Source of the DNA: an uncultured Acidimicrobiia bacterium
Lineage (GTDB): Bacteria > Actinomycetota > Acidimicrobiia > Spongiisociales > JAENVV01
Reading direction: 5' to 3'
NCBI GenBank assembly: GCA_963835515.1
Contig: CAWIFX010000043.1
Span: forward strand, 118,261-182,260
DNA length: 64,000 bases
Below are positions 10,042-19,089 of the stretch, one piece after another; within the stretch, counting starts at the first letter, position 1; each line of letters opens with the position of its first letter. The position numbers were made by a program, and so were the translations under genes. A model generated the notes under the pieces. It saw nothing but the letters and a program-made list of their open reading frames with translations. It ran no database searches and was not told the origin of the DNA.

Positions 10042-10692
10042 TTAGGCGCTTGCGGGGCTTCTCCGCCGAGGCCGGGTGGCTCGAATCCACAGTTCGGCCA
10101 CGCCCAGGTTGATTGTGAAGGCCAACCAGAACGAGGCGCCGAAGCTCTCCTCGAGAGTCATACCGAAGAACGCTCCTGCCAAACCGCCCAGAGCCCGGAT
10201 GGTGGCTACGGCCAGGGCAAGCGAGAACATCCTGATCATCCACTCTCGATGATCTTGAACCTCCCGGCGCCGGATGTGGGTTACGGCTCGCCACAAGGCA
10301 TATAGGAACACCACCCCAAATAGGACCGTGGCGCCGATCGTCGGCCAGCCTCCAAACGCCGGCAGCGTGAAAGCTGCCACCAGTGCGTAGATGCCGCTGA
10401 CCGCCGCCAGGGGCACCAGCATCCAACCGTTCTTACGATGGAATCCGATCCGCTTGCGCCGGATACGTTTGATGAACTGCAGGGGAGCGAACACGATGAA
10501 CACGAGTCCCGGCAGGAAGTGGATGAAGGCCACAACCGGATGTTCGGCGTAGCGCACGGCGAAGGCGTCGCTCGGGGGAGGGGTAGCGAGGGTTTCGGCG
10601 ATCCTGATCCCACCGAACACGAGTAGGACCACGATCGACAACACGATCCATCCCCAACCGAGCACCTTGAGCGTTGCTTTCATGGTTTTCAA
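10042..10692 (-). CDS. DUF2306-like polytopic membrane protein
   Basis: 216-aa hydrophobic product with 5-6 predicted TM helices and a basic C-terminus. No catalytic motifs were recognised. Confidence 0.55.
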   Translation of the reverse strand: MKTMKATLKVLGWGWIVLSIVVLLVFGGIRIAETLATPPPSDAFAVRYAEHPVVAFIHFLPGLVFIVFAPLQFIKRIRRKRIGFHRKNGWMLVPLAAVSGIYALVAAFTLPAFGGWPTIGATVLFGVVFLYALWRAVTHIRRREVQDHREWMIRMFSLALAVATIRALGGLAGAFFGMTLEESFGASFWLAFTINLGVAELWIRATRPRRRSPASA

Positions 10693-10709
10693 CCATACGC
10701 GGAGCTAGC

Positions 10710-11614
10710 TCAGGATTCTCGCCCGAATCGGTCAACCCGGGTATCAAGGTCGACTCCCACCGATCGAGCAGCGGCTTCGATTTCGGCTGCGGGAAAGACC
10801 GATGGCTTCGGCCAGGTCGGGAGAGTGGCGACGCGTTCGGCGAGGTTGGCGACCGTCCACTGGTCCGGGTCGGTTGTGGCCAGCTCATCCCAGGTGATCG
10901 GGGTGCTGACCGAAGCTTTCGGTCGAGGCCGGATTGAGAACGGAGATACCACCGACGCTCCCGGGTGGTTGCGCATCCAGTCGACAAACACCCTACCTTT
11001 CCGGTTCTTTTTGAGGAACTCCGTTGTGGCCAGGTCAGGGTTGGCGGCAACGACGAGTCCGGCGACGGACTGGGCGGCAGTTGCTACATCCTGCCACGGC
11101 ACGTCAGGCACGATCGGCGCCCAGACGTGATAGCCCTTCGATCCGGTGGCCACCGGGATGCGATTCGACGCCGAACGACGTCAGCACCTCCCTGGACCGC
11201 CTCGGTTGCCGACCGGGCCTGGCCCACGTCGCCGGCTTCCGGGTCGAGGTCCATGACGAAGTAATCCGGATGATCGAGGTCGGGGGCCCGGCTCGTCCAG
11301 ATGTGGAAGGAGACTGTGCCCTGGTTGGCGAGGTAGGGGACATCGCCTGGTTCGGTAATCACCGGGAAGGTGGTTATTCCTCCGTCGGTCTTCGGCACTT
11401 CGTAGCGTTCGATGCTCGCAGGAAAGTGGTCGGCCGCGTTCTTCTGCATGAAGCCTTTGGCGCCAATGCCCCGCGGATAGCGCTCCAGGGTCAACGGTCG
11501 CGCGACGAGGAATGGAAAGATCAGGTCGGCCATGGTCTCGTAGTAGCCGACCATCTCGCCCTTGGTCAGGCCGATCTCAGGGAACATGATGCGGTCGGCG
11601 CTGCTGACTTCCAT
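10710..11614 (-). CDS. Stand-alone LigD polymerase/primase domain (NHEJ PolDom), apparently frameshifted near 11155-11225
   Basis: N-terminal frame reads …FPEIGLTKGEMVGYYETMADLIFPFLVARPLTLERYPRGIGAKGFMQKNAADHFP…FVMDLDP… (the LigD-Pol signature). The second frame reads …GSKGYHVWAPI…VFVDWMRNHPGASVVSPFSIRPRPKASVSTPITWDEL…, the PolDom C-terminus. Confidence 0.55.
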
Positions 11615-11735
11615 GTGGTGAGCCTATTAGGTGATTGAGTCCAATGGGTCTTCTGCCTCTGGTCGAAGGCTCCTTGGTCGGGGACCGTGGCACTCGGACC
11701 TAGGAGACCATGACACTGTCCCTCGAGGGAGATAG

Positions 11736-12377
11736 TTGATGACATCCAAAATCACGCTGACTGTGCTGATACTGCTGCTGGCTAGCTGCGGCGGGGAGTC
11801 GGCACCAGTCGTCGCCGCCGGGGAGGCTGCGACCCAGGTGCCTACGACCCAGGTGCCAACGACGCAGGCGACCCTACCCGAGGTCACCACGACGGTTCAG
11901 GTCGATGATTCGATCGCCGAACCCATGGACGAGGACATGGACACGGATGGTGACGAGCACGCGACCGATGAGTCTGACCATATGATGGAGATGGACCATT
12001 CAGCGACGACTGCCGATCTTGCCGACGAAGGGGCGCTAGTCGATCGGACCATCGAGGTTGTGATGACCGAATTCATGTTCGATCCGGGTCCGATTGATGT
12101 CGCAGCTGGTGAGACCGTTGAGTTCGTCGTGGTTAACGAAGGGGCGATTCGGCATGAGTTCCGCGTCACCACCCAGGAAGACATCGATCATCACATTGCC
12201 GAGGGTCACAGCGATCACTCCGAAGCTATCGAACCCGGGGTATTGGTCCTCGATCCCGGCGAGACCGGCTCCTTGCTCGTAACCTTCCACGAAGCCGGAG
12301 AGTTCGACATGATCGCCTGCCTCATCCCAACCCACTTCGAAGCAGGCATGGGTACCGAGCTGAACATCAAAGGCTGA
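11736..12377 (+). CDS. Cupredoxin-like (type-1 copper site) lipoprotein with acidic His-rich linker
   Basis: Lipobox LLASC|GG. Tandem QVPTT repeats. Acidic/His-rich segment (DEDMDTDGDEHATDESDHMMEMDHS). The C-terminal beta-sandwich has candidate T1Cu ligands H…C(LIPT)H(FEAG)M. Confidence 0.6.
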   Translation: MMTSKITLTVLILLLASCGGESAPVVAAGEAATQVPTTQVPTTQATLPEVTTTVQVDDSIAEPMDEDMDTDGDEHATDESDHMMEMDHSATTADLADEGALVDRTIEVVMTEFMFDPGPIDVAAGETVEFVVVNEGAIRHEFRVTTQEDIDHHIAEGHSDHSEAIEPGVLVLDPGETGSLLVTFHEAGEFDMIACLIPTHFEAGMGTELNIKG

Positions 12378-12383
12378 ATACGG

Positions 12384-12962
12384 TCAGGCAGCTGCGAATT
12401 CTCCGAGCAAACGGATCCAGCGTTCAAACGACTCGAGCAGCTCGACGAGCCGGCCGGCTGTCGTTGCGTCTGTTATGCGCCCTTCGGTGTCGAACAGGCT
12501 GTCGGCTCGAGGTATAAATAAGCTGGGGCTAGGCAGCACAAAAGCGCCCACCGAGACAAGCATCTGCTGAAGGGTCACTTGAGCCACCCGGGTTCCCCAC
12601 GGGCCGGTGGTGGCACCGGTGACCGCGACAGGTCGGCCATCGAGTCCCTGGGGGAGTTCCGATACCGAGAGCCAATCGATCATGTTCTTCACAACTCCCG
12701 GTACGGATCGGTTGTACTCCGGGGTAGCGATGAGAACGCCATCGGCTCGAGCGACTGACTCCCGCAATGCGGTCACGCCCTCGGGCGGTTGGTCGCTCAG
12801 GTCGTCGCTGAACACAGGCAACTCGTCTAGTCGGTCGAAGACTTCGAGATGGATCGACGGAGGGGCCAGGGACGTGGCCGCGTCCAATAGCCCCCGGTTG
12901 TAAGAGGCTTTGCGAAGACTCCCGGCGATACCGATTATTCGGACGGGCGTTTGATCGTGCAT
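12384..12962 (-). CDS. NAD(P)H-dependent FMN reductase (ChrR/YieF-like flavodoxin-fold reductase)
   Basis: …IIGIAGSLRKASYNRGLL… and …LIATPEYNRSVPGVVKNMIDWLS… are diagnostic of the NADPH-dependent FMN reductase family. Confidence 0.8.
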   Translation of the reverse strand: MHDQTPVRIIGIAGSLRKASYNRGLLDAATSLAPPSIHLEVFDRLDELPVFSDDLSDQPPEGVTALRESVARADGVLIATPEYNRSVPGVVKNMIDWLSVSELPQGLDGRPVAVTGATTGPWGTRVAQVTLQQMLVSVGAFVLPSPSLFIPRADSLFDTEGRITDATTAGRLVELLESFERWIRLLGEFAAA

Positions 12963-13606
12963 TAGACGGCTCCTTCGGGCTCAATTGCTGGTTGTGACCG
13001 GTTCGTGACGGAGAACCAGGCGATGAAGTACTGCGAGAGGGGTCCGATCGACAGTGCGTAAGCGACGGTTCCCACGCCAACCGAACCGCCGAGAGCCCAA
13101 CCGGCGATCAGGACGGCGATCTCGAGGACGGTGCGGACCGATCGGATGGATCGGCCGGTGCGGTGAGCCCATCCGGTCATCAGTCCGTCGCGCGGTCCCG
13201 GACCCAATCCAGCCCCGATGTACATACCAGTTGCGACCCCGTTCAATACGATGCCACTCGTGAGAACGATCGCTCGGAGGGCCAGCCCTCGGGGCGCCTC
13301 GATGATCCCGAGCGTGAGGTCAGCAACCAGGCCGACTACAAGGGCGTTCGCCAAGGTGCCGAACCCGGGCATTTGTCGGAGCGGAATCCACAGCAGCAGC
13401 ACCGCTCCGCTGATGACTATCACGACTGTCCCGAGCGACAGTCCGGTACGGATTGCTACTCCCTGATGGAAGACATCCCAGGCGTCCAAACCGAGTTCGG
13501 CCCTCACCATCAAGCCGATGCTTGCCCCATAGAGGAACAGTCCGGTAGCGAGCTGGGTAAGGCGCCTCAGTAGTTGGGGGGAACGATGGGAGTTGTGGCG
13601 CTCCAT
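12962..13606 (-). CDS. YczE-family membrane protein
   Basis: 5-6 TM helices. N-terminus RRLTQLATGLFLYGASIGLMVRAELGLDAWDVFHQG is typical of YczE. Divergent from a MarR regulator, which is the usual context. Confidence 0.6.
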   Translation of the reverse strand: MERHNSHRSPQLLRRLTQLATGLFLYGASIGLMVRAELGLDAWDVFHQGVAIRTGLSLGTVVIVISGAVLLLWIPLRQMPGFGTLANALVVGLVADLTLGIIEAPRGLALRAIVLTSGIVLNGVATGMYIGAGLGPGPRDGLMTGWAHRTGRSIRSVRTVLEIAVLIAGWALGGSVGVGTVAYALSIGPLSQYFIAWFSVTNRSQPAIEPEGAV

Positions 13607-13665
13607 AACAATCTTCCTATTTACATGACGCATCATATAACTAGAAACATGACACGTCAAGTAGT

Positions 13666-14145
13666 ATGCTGGCAGCCATGACATCGCGATGGTTGGAGCC
13701 TGACGAAGACCGAGCCTGGCGGAACTACCGGCGGATGTTCACCTTGCTGGAAGCCCGCCTGGCACAGGAGCTGATCGACGGCACAGGCCTGTCAATGGCC
13801 GACTATTCGGTCCTAACCAACCTGGTCGAAGCCGAGAACCGGCGATGGCGGGTTACCGAGCTTGCCGACCATATGCGATGGTCTCAGAGTCGCCTGTCGC
13901 ATCAGGTGCGGCGGATGGAAGAGCGCGGTCTGCTGAAGCGCGAGCCGGCGGCCGACGACGGGCGGGGGAGTTTCGTGGTGATCACCAAGCCAGGGGTCCG
14001 GGCGATCGCCGCAGCCGCTCCAAAACACTTTGAGGGCGTGCGGGTCCACCTGATCGACCTGTTGTCACCTGAGCAAGTCCGATCGTTGGCAGAGATCGCC
14101 GAAACCGTGACGAATCATCTCTCCAGTGACGCTCCGTCGGGTTAA
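13666..14145 (+). CDS. MarR-family transcriptional regulator
   Basis: Winged-HTH region …MADYSVLTNLVEAENRRWRVTELADHMRWSQSRLSHQVRRMEERGLLKRE…. Confidence 0.8.
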   Translation: MLAAMTSRWLEPDEDRAWRNYRRMFTLLEARLAQELIDGTGLSMADYSVLTNLVEAENRRWRVTELADHMRWSQSRLSHQVRRMEERGLLKREPAADDGRGSFVVITKPGVRAIAAAAPKHFEGVRVHLIDLLSPEQVRSLAEIAETVTNHLSSDAPSG

Positions 14146-15695
14146 CTGACCAGAATTGAATCGAGCATGATGTCGGGGTGGCGGTCGCGGGTGGCTTCCA
14201 TCCGGTACTTGCCTTTGAAGAGCGCCAGGAGGGTGCCGTCGCGGCGTTCGACAACTTCGCAGTCTCGTTCACCGGCCAGTGCCTCGGCGCCCGCGGCGTC
14301 GGTGCGGCGTGCCTCGGTAAACGGGGTGGCCGACAGTTCGAGCTTGGCACCGTATTCGCCCTCGAGTCTGGCTACGGCGACGTCGTATTGGAGTTGTCCG
14401 ACGGCCGCCAGGATCGGTTGCTGCTCGCCCCAGAGTGGGTGATGGAGCACCTGGATGGCGCCTTCTTCGTCGAGTTCGGCCATGCCCCGGCGGAACTGCT
14501 TGTACCGGGAGGTGTCCAGGTTCAGCGCCTTCATGAACAGTTCGGGAGCAAAGGTGGGAATTGGTGGGTATTGCAGTTTCCCCGACTCAGAAAGGGTGTC
14601 GCCGATCTGGAGGTTGCCGGAGCTGATCAAACCGATGATGTCGCCCGGGTAAGCCGTCGCCACGGTTTCGCGGTCCCTGCCGAATAGCTGATGGGCGAAG
14701 TTGGCGGCGAAGGACCGTTGGGTCCGGTGGTTGGTGAGTTGGATACCTCGCTCGAACTGACCGGAATTGACCCGGAGGTAGGCAATGCGGTCGCGGTGGC
14801 GTGGGTCAAGGTTCGCCTGGATCTTGAAAACGAATCCGGAGAACTCACCATCGATCGGCTGGCGGTCCTCGTTGATCGTTAGCCGTGGCGACGGCGCCGG
14901 AGCGAGGTCGGCGATGGCGTCGAGCAGCAAACGGATGCCGAAGTTCCAAACAGCTGAGCCAAAGAACACCGGGGTGGTTTCGCCGGCGAGAAACAGTTCG
15001 AGGTCGTGGTCGGCCCCGACTCCGTCGAGCAGATCGAGTTCCCCGGCGGCGGTAATACCGACATCGCCATGGGAGGCGAGATCGGCGCCTTCGAAACGTT
15101 CTTCGGCTGCCGCCTTGGCTCCGTGGTCGGTTCGTCCGAACTTCCAGAACGCATTGTCCCGACGATCGACGACGCCCACGAAGTCTGGACCCATTCCGAC
15201 CGGCCAGGTCAGCGGGGTGGCGACGATGCCGAGCTGGTCCTCGATGTCGTCGAGGAGTTCGAGTGGAGCCAGCCCAGGCCGGTCACACTTGTTGATCAGT
15301 GTGATGATCGGCGTCTTCTTGCGTTTGGCGACTTCGAAGAGTTTCTTGGTCTGAGCTTCGATGCCTTTGGCAGCGTCGAGGACGATGATGGCCGCATCAA
15401 CCGCTGAGAGAACCCGATATGTGTCCTCGGAGAAGTCGCGGTGACCGGGCGTATCGAGCAGGTTGAAGACATGCCCGTCGTAGTTGAACTGGAGTACGGT
15501 CGACGTAATAGAGATCCCGCGTTCGCGTTCCATCTCCATCCAGTCAGAAGTTACGTCGCGCTGTTTCCCGGCGCGTGCTTTCACAGCGCCCGCCTCGCTG
15601 ATCGCTCCCGAGTACATGAGGAGCTTTTCGGTCAGCGTTGTTTTACCGGCGTCCGGATGAGAAATGATGGCGAACGTGCGGCGCGGCGTGGTCAT
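14142..15695 (-). CDS. prfC: Peptide chain release factor 3 (translational GTPase)
   Basis: G1-G4 GTPase motifs (AIISHPDAGKTT, DTPGH, NKCD) and RF3-specific C-terminal domains. The start is taken at the internal Met (MTTPRRTFAIISHPDAGKTT). Confidence 0.9.
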   Translation of the reverse strand: MTTPRRTFAIISHPDAGKTTLTEKLLMYSGAISEAGAVKARAGKQRDVTSDWMEMERERGISITSTVLQFNYDGHVFNLLDTPGHRDFSEDTYRVLSAVDAAIIVLDAAKGIEAQTKKLFEVAKRKKTPIITLINKCDRPGLAPLELLDDIEDQLGIVATPLTWPVGMGPDFVGVVDRRDNAFWKFGRTDHGAKAAAEERFEGADLASHGDVGITAAGELDLLDGVGADHDLELFLAGETTPVFFGSAVWNFGIRLLLDAIADLAPAPSPRLTINEDRQPIDGEFSGFVFKIQANLDPRHRDRIAYLRVNSGQFERGIQLTNHRTQRSFAANFAHQLFGRDRETVATAYPGDIIGLISSGNLQIGDTLSESGKLQYPPIPTFAPELFMKALNLDTSRYKQFRRGMAELDEEGAIQVLHHPLWGEQQPILAAVGQLQYDVAVARLEGEYGAKLELSATPFTEARRTDAAGAEALAGERDCEVVERRDGTLLALFKGKYRMEATRDRHPDIMLDSILVS

Positions 15696-15856
15696 GCGAC
15701 GTGACCCCGGTGGGGCAGGCGTGGCGCAGGCGCGTTCGGCAATACGGACATGACAGAGGGTTCCTCTCGATAGCACACCACCGATCGCCAACGCGGTCGG
15801 GCGGGTGTGTAGACCAGTCTACGGGGTTTTTGGGGATGGGCTAGCGGCAGCGACCG

Positions 15857-16897
15857 TCAGCGGATGAAAGTGATGGCGCCCTTCGTGCCATATTCGGTGA
15901 CTTCACCGCCAATGGTTATGAGGAACGCGTCGCCGAAGGTCAGGGTGGCATCGGTATCGAACGTGATCTCGGCTACGGCGACGGTCACGTCGTCGAAATC
16001 GGTGATAGCCCAACCGGGGAAGTCGGCCGTGGCCGTCAAAGGGATCCCGAGGTCGATATCGGTGAAGACCCGATCGGTGGCCAGGTCATAGATGACCAGA
16101 TTCGACGAGCCTGACAGGTACGCAACGGTTTGACCGTCCGATGAAACCCATGGGCGTCGGGGGCAGGTCCCGGTGAAGCACGGGACGATGACTTCGTTCT
16201 CGGTGCCGTCGAAACCGACCGTCTTCAGGAAGGCCTCACCCTCGGCGCGAATTCCCAGCACAAATCCGGTGGGGCTGAGCGAAGCAGACACCAGGGTGGA
16301 CTCGAACCCGGCAACGACACCGTAATCGGTGATTTCTCCGGTGCCGATGTCGATGGTGACCAGGTGTTCATTGAGCGTTTCGACACCCTCGACGACCGCT
16401 GGCTCAAGGATCTTGGCAACCGCCAACGGAGCCTCGTCTTTGAAACCGAGCGACAACAACCGCAATTGATTGGTCGCGGCGCTGGTGAGCACGTCGGCGC
16501 CCGCCCCTCGATCGACAAAAATGGGGCTATCGGCGCCGGGGAGTTGGTAGACAAGCGAACGGTTGACCGCAAAGGCGACGGCGCCTTGAGAGCCCGTCAG
16601 CCGGGTTCCGTTGGAGGCGTAGATCCCCGAGGAACGTGATTGGATCGTGGTTGCCTCGTTACGGCTGGGGAGTGCGGACCGACCGGCCGGCTGATCGACA
16701 AATCCGGGCTCGGGCGGGTTGACCACCTGCGGGACATCGTCGATGGTGATGGTGGTCGAGGTAGTGGTCGTAGGCGCCCCGGGGTCGGCGGTCGGCGGCT
16801 CCGACCCGCTGAAAGCGCCAGAAACCGCCAGTGCGATCAGCGCACCGACGACAGCTCCGACCGGAAGGCCGAAGAGAAATCCCTTGCGTTGTTCCAA
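15857..16897 (-). CDS. Hypothetical membrane-anchored secreted protein (N-terminal TM helix, Thr/Pro linker, beta-rich ectodomain)
   Basis: Single N-terminal TM (LPVGAVVGALIALAVSGAF) followed by a Thr-rich linker and a ~280-aa beta-strand-rich domain. No recognisable family. Confidence 0.5.
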   Translation of the reverse strand: MEQRKGFLFGLPVGAVVGALIALAVSGAFSGSEPPTADPGAPTTTTSTTITIDDVPQVVNPPEPGFVDQPAGRSALPSRNEATTIQSRSSGIYASNGTRLTGSQGAVAFAVNRSLVYQLPGADSPIFVDRGAGADVLTSAATNQLRLLSLGFKDEAPLAVAKILEPAVVEGVETLNEHLVTIDIGTGEITDYGVVAGFESTLVSASLSPTGFVLGIRAEGEAFLKTVGFDGTENEVIVPCFTGTCPRRPWVSSDGQTVAYLSGSSNLVIYDLATDRVFTDIDLGIPLTATADFPGWAITDFDDVTVAVAEITFDTDATLTFGDAFLITIGGEVTEYGTKGAITFIR

Positions 16898-17038
16898 CGA
16901 ACTCCCCTTTATCCAGCAGCCAATCTAACGCGCCTCGGAAAGCACAGCTTCCGTTTCGCGAAAGCGGGGTCGGTCAAAGGGCATAACCGACCCCGCTTGC
17001 ATTGCGTTGGGCCGCACGGGCCCACCTGGCAGGGAGGA

Positions 17039-18418
17039 CTACTCCCGGTTGTTGGTGAACTTGAAGACTTTCCGTCCGCCCTCGCCTTCGATCACCACCT
17101 CGAAGGTCTTTCCGGCCGGCGCTTCAGGAAACTCCACCCGGATCTCCCAGTGGCCTTCGCCGGACACCGTGGTTGTGCCCCCGCCGTACGGCGATCCGAC
17201 CCACACCGTGCTGCCCGGCTTGCCAGTGCCCCAGAAGACGTCGTAGGGAACCTCTTCTGCACATGAGCCGTATTTCTGGTTCGCCGTGAAAGCGACGACA
17301 TCACGTTCCGGATTGGTGAACTCAAACACCTTGGAGTGACCATTGGCGTCGCTGACGGTAACCCGAAAGGATGTCCCGGCAGGAGCCTCAAACCGGACTT
17401 TCATCTCCCACCCGCCCTTGGCATTCACCTCGGCCGATGCGCCACCGTACTCAGAGCGAGCGGTCACCTTCGTGCCAGGCTCTGCCGTTCCCCAAAAGAC
17501 ATCCCAGTTTTCCGGGTTGGTCCCCAGCTTTTGGTGGGCGGTGAATTCGACGTTGACGTTACGCCGATAGGCGACCATCTCGAACACGGCCCTTCCGCCA
17601 TCGGAAGACTCGACGACAACCCGGAACGGCTCCGCATGAGGAGCTTCCGGAAACTTGACCGACACGGCCCATTCGCCCGATTCGGCCGCCCTGGTCGATC
17701 CTGAACCGTACTTCGACTCGACGAAGATCTTGGCGCCGGGAGTGGCGGTGCCGTAGTAGCGGTTGCCGGGGATCTCGGCGTCACTCGCTTCATACTTCTG
17801 GTGAGCGGTGAACTTGACCTCTCGGACCACGTAGACAACGGTGATCGAAGCCTCGGACTTGTTACCCGCCTGGTCGGTTGCCACGAACGCAGCGCGGTTG
17901 CGGCCCGGATTCAGGCGGAGCTTGATCGCCCAGTGGCCCTCGGCGTCGACGTCGGCCTCCCAGTCACCCGCATGCACCGTGGCGCCTGGTTCGGTGATAC
18001 CGCGGAACACAACGAACTCCTCGGTAAGTTCGGCCCCGTCCTCCGGTGAGGTAATCCTCAGGATCGGTGGCGTGGTGTCGACGTCACGAACCTTGTCGAC
18101 CACTTCGTCGGTCGGCTCATCCTTTTCAGTGTCGACCTCAGCGGTGTCGACTTCGGGCTTATCTTTCGGCTCTTCGGCCGGTTCGTCTTTGACCGGTTCG
18201 TCTTTGACCGGCTTATCAACGGGTGCCTCGGAATCGAACCATCCGCCGGTGGTGTCGGTCACGACCGTGTCGACCGTGTCTTTGGTTGGTTCAGGGCTAT
18301 CGAGTCGGAAGAATGAAAAGACGGAAGACCCGTCCGGATTGGCTACTTGAGCCGCGGCGACGCCTGCCGTAAGTACGACAAGAAACGTCGCCAGCAAGAT
18401 GATGAACTTCTTTTGCAT
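17039..18418 (-). CDS. Secreted repeat protein: signal peptide, acidic KDEP linker, Ig-like domain, then 3-4 tandem ~85-aa 'FxANQKYG…DVFWGT(A/G)xPG(S/T)KV…G(G/E)WE…FPEAPAG' domains
   Basis: N-terminal signal peptide (MQKKFIILLATFLVVLTAGVAAAQ). Internal repeats are clearly alignable to each other and to the C-terminal ectodomain of the anti-sigma factor at 19086..20039. Confidence 0.65.
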   Translation of the reverse strand: MQKKFIILLATFLVVLTAGVAAAQVANPDGSSVFSFFRLDSPEPTKDTVDTVVTDTTGGWFDSEAPVDKPVKDEPVKDEPAEEPKDKPEVDTAEVDTEKDEPTDEVVDKVRDVDTTPPILRITSPEDGAELTEEFVVFRGITEPGATVHAGDWEADVDAEGHWAIKLRLNPGRNRAAFVATDQAGNKSEASITVVYVVREVKFTAHQKYEASDAEIPGNRYYGTATPGAKIFVESKYGSGSTRAAESGEWAVSVKFPEAPHAEPFRVVVESSDGGRAVFEMVAYRRNVNVEFTAHQKLGTNPENWDVFWGTAEPGTKVTARSEYGGASAEVNAKGGWEMKVRFEAPAGTSFRVTVSDANGHSKVFEFTNPERDVVAFTANQKYGSCAEEVPYDVFWGTGKPGSTVWVGSPYGGGTTTVSGEGHWEIRVEFPEAPAGKTFEVVIEGEGGRKVFKFTNNRE

Positions 18419-18485
18419 GGGCTACCCCCCGGTAACTGGTCCGTTTGTGGTCACTTTGAGTGGTCACTCGCCTCAGCTCCGTGAA

Positions 18486-18528
18486 AGGTTTACTTCGGGG
18501 GAATCTTTTTTGGAAAGTAAACCTCAGA
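18486..18528. promoter_or_regulatory. 9-bp perfect inverted repeat (GGTTTACTT…AAGTAAACC) in the divergent promoter region between the secreted repeat protein gene and the ECF sigma gene
   Basis: Seen directly: GGTTTACTT-cgggggaatcttttttgga-AAGTAAACC, 50 nt upstream of the sigma start. It is preceded by the direct repeat TGGTCACT(N5)TGGTCACT at ~18448-18468. Confidence 0.35.
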
Positions 18529-18576
18529 GGGTGCCGATACGAGTAACAAGCGACACGAAACGGTTCCGGACCGCAG

Positions 18577-19089
18577 ATGAGACAGATGGAAGAGACCCAG
18601 GTCGTTTCCCGACCTGAACGCTTTGACGACTTCTACCGCCGCGAATTCAGGCTGGTAGTTGGTCTGGCATATGTGTTGTCGGGATCGCGCAACAGCGCAG
18701 AGGATCTGGCGCAGGAGGCGTTCATGGCCGCTCATCGCGAGTGGGAGAAACTCCAAGCCTATGACAACCCGGGTGCCTGGGTTCGTCGGGTGGTGGCCAA
18801 CAAAGCAGTTTCTGGCTTCCGTCGTTCGGCTACCGAGATGAAGGCCCTCGCCAAGCTCGCCGCCCGCCGGATCGAACCACTCAACGAGATGGAACCCGAA
18901 GACGCCGAGTTCTGGGGCCATGTCCGTGATCTCCCGAAGCGCCAGTCGCAGGCGATCGCCTTGTTTTATCTCGAGGATCGGCCCGTCGAAGAGATCGCCC
19001 GCATCCTCGGATGCGCAACATCTACCGCCAAGGTACATCTGCACAAGGGACGAGCCAACCTTGCGACGCGCCTGGGGGTGGAGGCATGA
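18577..19089 (+). CDS. ECF (group 4) RNA polymerase sigma-70 factor
   Basis: Region 2 (…EDLAQEAFMAAHREW…) and region 4 HTH (…EIARILGCATSTAKVHLHKGR…). The stop overlaps the start of the downstream gene (ATGA). Confidence 0.85.
   Translation: MRQMEETQVVSRPERFDDFYRREFRLVVGLAYVLSGSRNSAEDLAQEAFMAAHREWEKLQAYDNPGAWVRRVVANKAVSGFRRSATEMKALAKLAARRIEPLNEMEPEDAEFWGHVRDLPKRQSQAIALFYLEDRPVEEIARILGCATSTAKVHLHKGRANLATRLGVEA

Noticed and set aside
16640-17266. 208-aa + strand ORF bridging two minus-strand genes
   Set aside because: Overlaps the 3' end of 15857..16897 and the 3' end of 17039..18418 on the opposite strand. Composition is typical of a GC-rich shadow ORF.
18490-19044. 184-aa minus-strand ORF covering the ECF sigma gene
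   Set aside because: Antisense to a gene with clear sigma-70 region 2/4 motifs. No motifs of its own.
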